The notes beneath the pieces were generated by a model that was given only the letters and a program-made list of their open reading frames with translations, made no database searches and had not been told where the DNA came from. A DNA stretch of 64,000 nt from Curvularia clavata (Eukaryota): positions 5,208,001 through 5,272,000 of the forward strand of contig CP089274.1 in assembly GCA_023920165.1 (NCBI GenBank). Reading direction: 5' to 3'. Of this stretch, positions 59,404 to 64,000 are shown one piece after another; position 1 is the first letter of the stretch, and every line of letters starts with the position of its first letter. A program made the translations under genes and the position numbers.

Positions 59404-61197
59404 ATGTACTCCAGAATTCTCTCTCAACCGCTTCGGAAGCTGCTGAACGGTAGTCGATATTCTCAGATTGCCAGATATAGCATGGCTTCATCCGCAGATA
59501 ATGTTGCGCCTATTGAGAGCAATGGCGCAAAAAGACATGCCGAGACACCTTTGCGCAGCGAGGAAGGCTCACGAGGCAGTTACAGATTCAAGAATAAACG
59601 AATGAAGAACGGCCATGCAGAGCAGAGCAAAATTCTAAAGACGAATGGCACCAACGAGGAGGTTTTGTTGGAGGATGTCACGGCGCTCATCAAAAACTTC
59701 AAGCTACAAAGAGAAGGAAATGCGACATCGACCCAGCTGCCTGAAAAGTTCAAAGAAATCACGGTTGAGATCAAGGAAATATCTTCTACGGGAGATGGTA
59801 TTGGGTTCCAGCAAGGTTCGGACTCAGATCAAGTCTACGTTGTACCTTTTAGTGCTCCAGGAGACGTGGTTACCGCACGTCCGCACAGGCATTTCGAAAA
59901 AGAGAAGTACTCCATGGCGGATTTTGTCAATGTGGTCACGCCCTCACCTCACCGCGACTCGTCTCTGGTCAAGTGCCCTTACTTTTCGAGCTGTTCAGGT
60001 TGCCAGTTCCAGATGCTGCCCTATGACTTCCAACTACAACACAAGAAGTCGATTGTTCAGAAGGCTTACAAACACTTTTCCAACCTACCGCCTGAGCTCG
60101 TTCCCACGATTGGTGACACCATCGGATCGCCCTTGCAATACGGATATCGCACAAAACTTACGCCACATTTTGATGGGCCACCAGATGCTCGTCGAAGCGA
60201 CGGTCGAAATGGTATCAAACGCACATTCAAGGAAGTACCTCCGATCGGCTTCATGAAGAAAGGAACCAGGACCACCATCGACATAGAGGATTGCCCAATT
60301 GGTACAGACGCTGTGCGCGCAGGCAACAGGCGCGAACGCAAACGTGTGGCGGATACCATCGACAAGTACCACAAAGGCGCCACGATCCTACTCCGCGAAA
60401 GCACTACCCGGATACCTAAATCAGAGTACGATGTCACTAAAGAAGAAGACTCTGATGCTGTAATTGAAGACCGAGGCGATTACATCGACCGCAAGACATG
60501 CATAACAGATTCCAACGCCAAATCCACCGAATACATCGGCGACTTCCAATTCGTCAACCCAGCCGGATCCTTTTTCCAGAACAACAACAGCATTCTCCCA
60601 GTATTCACCCAATACATCCGCGAGCACATCCTACCCTCGACCCCAGACCACAAAATCACCCACCTGATCGACGCCTACTCCGGCTCCGGCCTCTTCACCA
60701 TCACCCTCTCTAGCCTATTCAAAACGTCCCTAGGAATCGACATTTCGTCGTCAAGCATCGAATCCGCAACTACCAACGCTCGTCTGAACAACCTCCCTGA
60801 AAGCTCAGCCCGCTTCATCGCTGCCGATGCCGCGCGCCTCTTCGCCTCGATCAAGTCTCCCGCTGACGAAACAGTTGTCATGATCGATCCACCACGTAAA
60901 GGCTGCGATGAATCGTTCCTGCGACAGCTGGTGCAGTATGGCCCAGCGAGAATCGTCTACGTCAGTTGTAACGTGCATACGCAAGCCAGGGATGTTGGCG
61001 TTTTGGTCGGTGGCATGAAGGGCGTAGATGGCGGGTTTGGGAAGGGCGAGGGATGCTATGAGATTGAGAGTTTGAGGGGGTTCGACTTCTTTCCTCAGAC
61101 GGGGCATGTGGAGGGCGTTGCTGTGCTGAGTAGGAAGGCTGTAGGTACGGGTGAGAAAACGAATGGGGCGATTGAGGGAGAAGTGGCCATGGCGTAG
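59404..61197 (+). CDS. TRM2: tRNA (uracil-54-C5)-methyltransferase
   Basis: TRAM-like region, CPYFSSCSGCQFQ, YGYRTKLTPHF, SFFQNN, IDAYSGSGLF, DPPRKG, YVSCN, DFFPQTGHVE. Confidence 0.93.
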   Translation: MYSRILSQPLRKLLNGSRYSQIARYSMASSADNVAPIESNGAKRHAETPLRSEEGSRGSYRFKNKRMKNGHAEQSKILKTNGTNEEVLLEDVTALIKNFKLQREGNATSTQLPEKFKEITVEIKEISSTGDGIGFQQGSDSDQVYVVPFSAPGDVVTARPHRHFEKEKYSMADFVNVVTPSPHRDSSLVKCPYFSSCSGCQFQMLPYDFQLQHKKSIVQKAYKHFSNLPPELVPTIGDTIGSPLQYGYRTKLTPHFDGPPDARRSDGRNGIKRTFKEVPPIGFMKKGTRTTIDIEDCPIGTDAVRAGNRRERKRVADTIDKYHKGATILLRESTTRIPKSEYDVTKEEDSDAVIEDRGDYIDRKTCITDSNAKSTEYIGDFQFVNPAGSFFQNNNSILPVFTQYIREHILPSTPDHKITHLIDAYSGSGLFTITLSSLFKTSLGIDISSSSIESATTNARLNNLPESSARFIAADAARLFASIKSPADETVVMIDPPRKGCDESFLRQLVQYGPARIVYVSCNVHTQARDVGVLVGGMKGVDGGFGKGEGCYEIESLRGFDFFPQTGHVEGVAVLSRKAVGTGEKTNGAIEGEVAMA

Positions 61198-61524
61198 CTG
61201 GGCTGAGGCTATTTTGATCTTTTAGAGGATGGTGCGTACGGACAAAAGTGTTGAGCCTTGTTGTTTGGCCTTGACTCTACTGAATTCCACATCATGGGCG
61301 TTCGAGGAGAGTCAGCAAATCTAGCACACATATACCACGTTGTTTGTTTGATCAAATTTCATGCTAGATGACTTTGAGTTCTGGCTGATGCATCACCTTA
61401 AATTATTATATGGTTCAAGTTGTGCGTTGGTCTCATCGTTCTTAATAGCTTTCCACTTGTTTCGTGCTCGCTCAGTAAATTGTCTCAAAATCTACATTTG
61501 CCGTCTACATTCATATCCAGCCTC

Positions 61525-63066
61525 TTACGTGCTTCCTGGTCCACCAAGCAGGGCGAACCGTCGGACAATGCTAGGACCGATTTCATCGTATTCGGCCTTG
61601 GTGTGGCAGTAGCTCTTGAACTCAGGCGTTTGACCGAGCAAGCTACCTCCGAACCAAGGGCCGTGTCTTTGCCTCTTGTGCGTAATGACTTGTACATCCA
61701 AACCACCACTCTTCGCACCTCCACTCCGTGCCTCTGAGGCCTTGATTCTGGCATCCACCATATGCCTGATGTCACGCTGCAAGCGGCGACCGAAATCCTT
61801 GTAGAGTGTTGAACCACCAGACAATACAATGTTCTTGTAAAGCCCTCTGCGTACATCGATGGGCGAGGATTGAATGACAGTATCGACAATCGTAGGTAGT
61901 GGAGTTAGGAAATCAGAGGAGTAGATTTCAGGGTTAAAGAAGATTTCGGGTGCGAGGAAGCGCTCGTAACCAACATCGACAGATGCGGTCTTGCCGTTGG
62001 GGTAGTTGACGGTGTACTTCTTGAATCGGTCGTCTGATTCGCGGTCGAAGCGAGCAAACTCTTTTACGATATCGGGACAAACGTAACAGAATTCCTCCTT
62101 GATGCGCTCGGCGGTCTGGAGGGACGAGTCGGGCTCGCCACGTTCTCGGAGGAGCGATTGGACAAAGTTGGTAATGTCCCGACCGGCAATGGGGACACTC
62201 TTGATCGAGGAGCCGATGACGTAGCCTTCAGCAACTGGGATAACGTGCGTAACACCAGCACCGGAATCGATGACGGTACCAGTGAGGGATCTGTCTTGGA
62301 CCTTGGAGCTTGTCCATGACGCGGCCAGTGCGAGCACGGCTTGCACGGCAATGTAAAGACCGGCGACGTTGAAGGACTCGAACATAATCTCGGCGGTGGC
62401 TTCACGGTTCTCTGGGGGGTTCAAAGGCTAGGCTCAAATCAGCATCTTGAGTCCTCAAGTGGCAGAGAAACGCGTACTGGCTCAGTGAGCAGGAAGTGGT
62501 GGTCCTCAGGCTCCACCCGTAGGTACTTGAATATCGAATTGGACCAGAAACGCTCCATGAGATCCTGCCGACTGTTAGTATTTAGCCCTTTCCTGCTTGT
62601 TCCCTCGGCGTACCCAGTTGTCGATCTGGCCGTGCCTAATTGGGTAGTTGATGCCATAGCCCGCGCCTCCTGCAGCAGCCAGAGCTTCATCACCGATGAA
62701 GAAGTCGAGGTCTTCAGTGCCACGCTTTCCAGACAGATGTCCACCAGGCCCAGCTCCGCCGGTCAGGAACGAGGGTTTGTTTGCGACAGCTGGGCGTCCA
62801 GAGCCTGAACCGCCGGTACCGCCAGTTGGGCCCTTGGTAGCTATGGCCGTGGGGAAGACGAAGGACGGGGAGTCGTTGCCGGCGAAACCTGAGGTCGGAC
62901 GTTACTAAGAGGTGAGGAGGCTGGAATCGATGTCTAGCATACCAAGCTTCGAGTATCCCGTACCGCTACATGCCAACGTCAGTACTCAATTGGGCGTGGA
63001 GATGCCAACAGGCAGCTGGGAGCTAGCTTACTTGTCCATGACAACGGCGGGGGTTTGGGACGCCAT
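61525..63066 (-). CDS. ARP3: Actin-related protein 3 (Arp2/3 complex), multi-exon
   Basis: [69 protein letters not shown]. Confidence 0.96.
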
Positions 63067-63876
63067 GTTTGCTGCTGCTTGCTGCAAAAACAAATATGCA
63101 AAAGCGGCTTGGGGAGTCCCGCGTGAAGAGGAAAAGCGAGAATCGGGTGTGGAGGTGGCTTCGTCAGAGAGGTTGATGGCGGAGGTCGGTGCTGGGTTGC
63201 AGTGGGCTGTCGTCGAATCAGGCACCGCCCCGCTCCGCTCTTGGCGGCGGACATGGGATGCAATGGCGGGGAACGCTTGTGGGTGAGGTCTCTACGCACT
63301 GTCGCTCCTTCTTCGTGAAATGCCATACCTGCTGCTTATGACCTGGCAGTGTGTCGCGTGTTATGATTTGCATGCCAAGTGCACGGCTTCAGCAGGCGCA
63401 AAGGAAGCTGCCTTCGCCATTGAAGCTCTGACAATCGCTGCTAACCTCTCTTCCTCCTTCACTAATTGCAACCCTACAGCGCTCGTCGAGCATCTCTCTG
63501 ACTCTCATTTTCACCCGACCCACGGCACACAGTCTCTTTGTAGCCGCCTCAGACTCTTCATTAATTTCCTGACCTCGTCCCTTTCTCCTCTTCCTCAGCC
63601 AGCCCGTGCTATCTTCATTTCCTTCCTATCTATCTCATCGTTGATTCCAAAGCGTTTTCAATCTTGAATGCCGCCTGAAGACCGCTTCTTCTAGCAGCTC
63701 GCGGTGACCTAACGTCTCCATACCAACTTCATTGGCACGTGCCGAACGCAAACGCGGCTTGCACGGCTCACTTTCGCCTTTATCCTAGCATCAACTGCAA
63801 ACATTGAAGCAGGACGCTGAAGACTTTCGCTCCTCGCTTTCGATACCTGTGCCGGTGTCTACCAAGACATAAAGGC

Positions 63877-64000
63877 ATGTCGGTTTCAACTCACCAATTC
63901 GCGCCTGTAGACGGAGTACCCCATGTCGACACACAAGTTCGCAAAGCCACGCGTGGTCCGCCCAACGACGACATGTGCTGCATCTACGTCCATGCTGGCG
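63877..64000 (+). CDS. 5' fragment of a probable Ntn-hydrolase (asparaginase-2/taspase family), truncated by the window end
   Basis: MSVSTHQF..DMCCIYVHAG; IxVHAGAG is the family N-terminal motif but only part of it is visible. Confidence 0.5.
   Translation, partial: MSVSTHQFAPVDGVPHVDTQVRKATRGPPNDDMCCIYVHAG

Noticed and set aside
124..61197. Apparent clustering of RNA and translation genes (TRM11, RRP1, LARP1-like, RSM19, MRPS5, TRM2)
   Set aside because: Interspersed with unrelated housekeeping genes; expected in a gene-dense core region and untested statistically

Overview
Gene-dense, intron-containing DNA from a filamentous ascomycete. Short GT-AG introns with CTRAC branch sites and RIP-like CpA>TpA damage in repeats support this; a Dothideomycete origin is plausible but cannot be proven from the sequence. 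About 22 host genes can be modelled, including TRM11, a TPR protein, a HAD phosphatase, p23/SBA1, VPS24, a BED-finger/Zn2Cys6 regulator, RRP1, DIM-5/Clr4, a 2405-aa coiled-coil protein, an MFS transporter, a LARP1-like protein, TAF10, RSM19, MRE11, NRC-2/FPK1 kinase, DAD3, MRPS5, TRM2 and ARP3. Four full-length Fot1/pogo-type DNA transposons (A-D) each have TA target duplications. Main observations: (1) elements A and D share a near-identical catalytic core but differ in both the N-terminal DNA-binding module and the TIRs, and element B has two different ends, suggesting modular HTH/TIR specificity swapping with a GGCC vs GCGC code; (2) three small upstream exons missed by the ORF track give the H3K9 methyltransferase a chromodomain-like N-terminus, with a head-to-head transposon pair just upstream; (3) a hidden first exon gives an uncharacterised ~980-aa protein a canonical eIF4E-binding motif. 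Exon boundaries were derived by eye and no database search was run.
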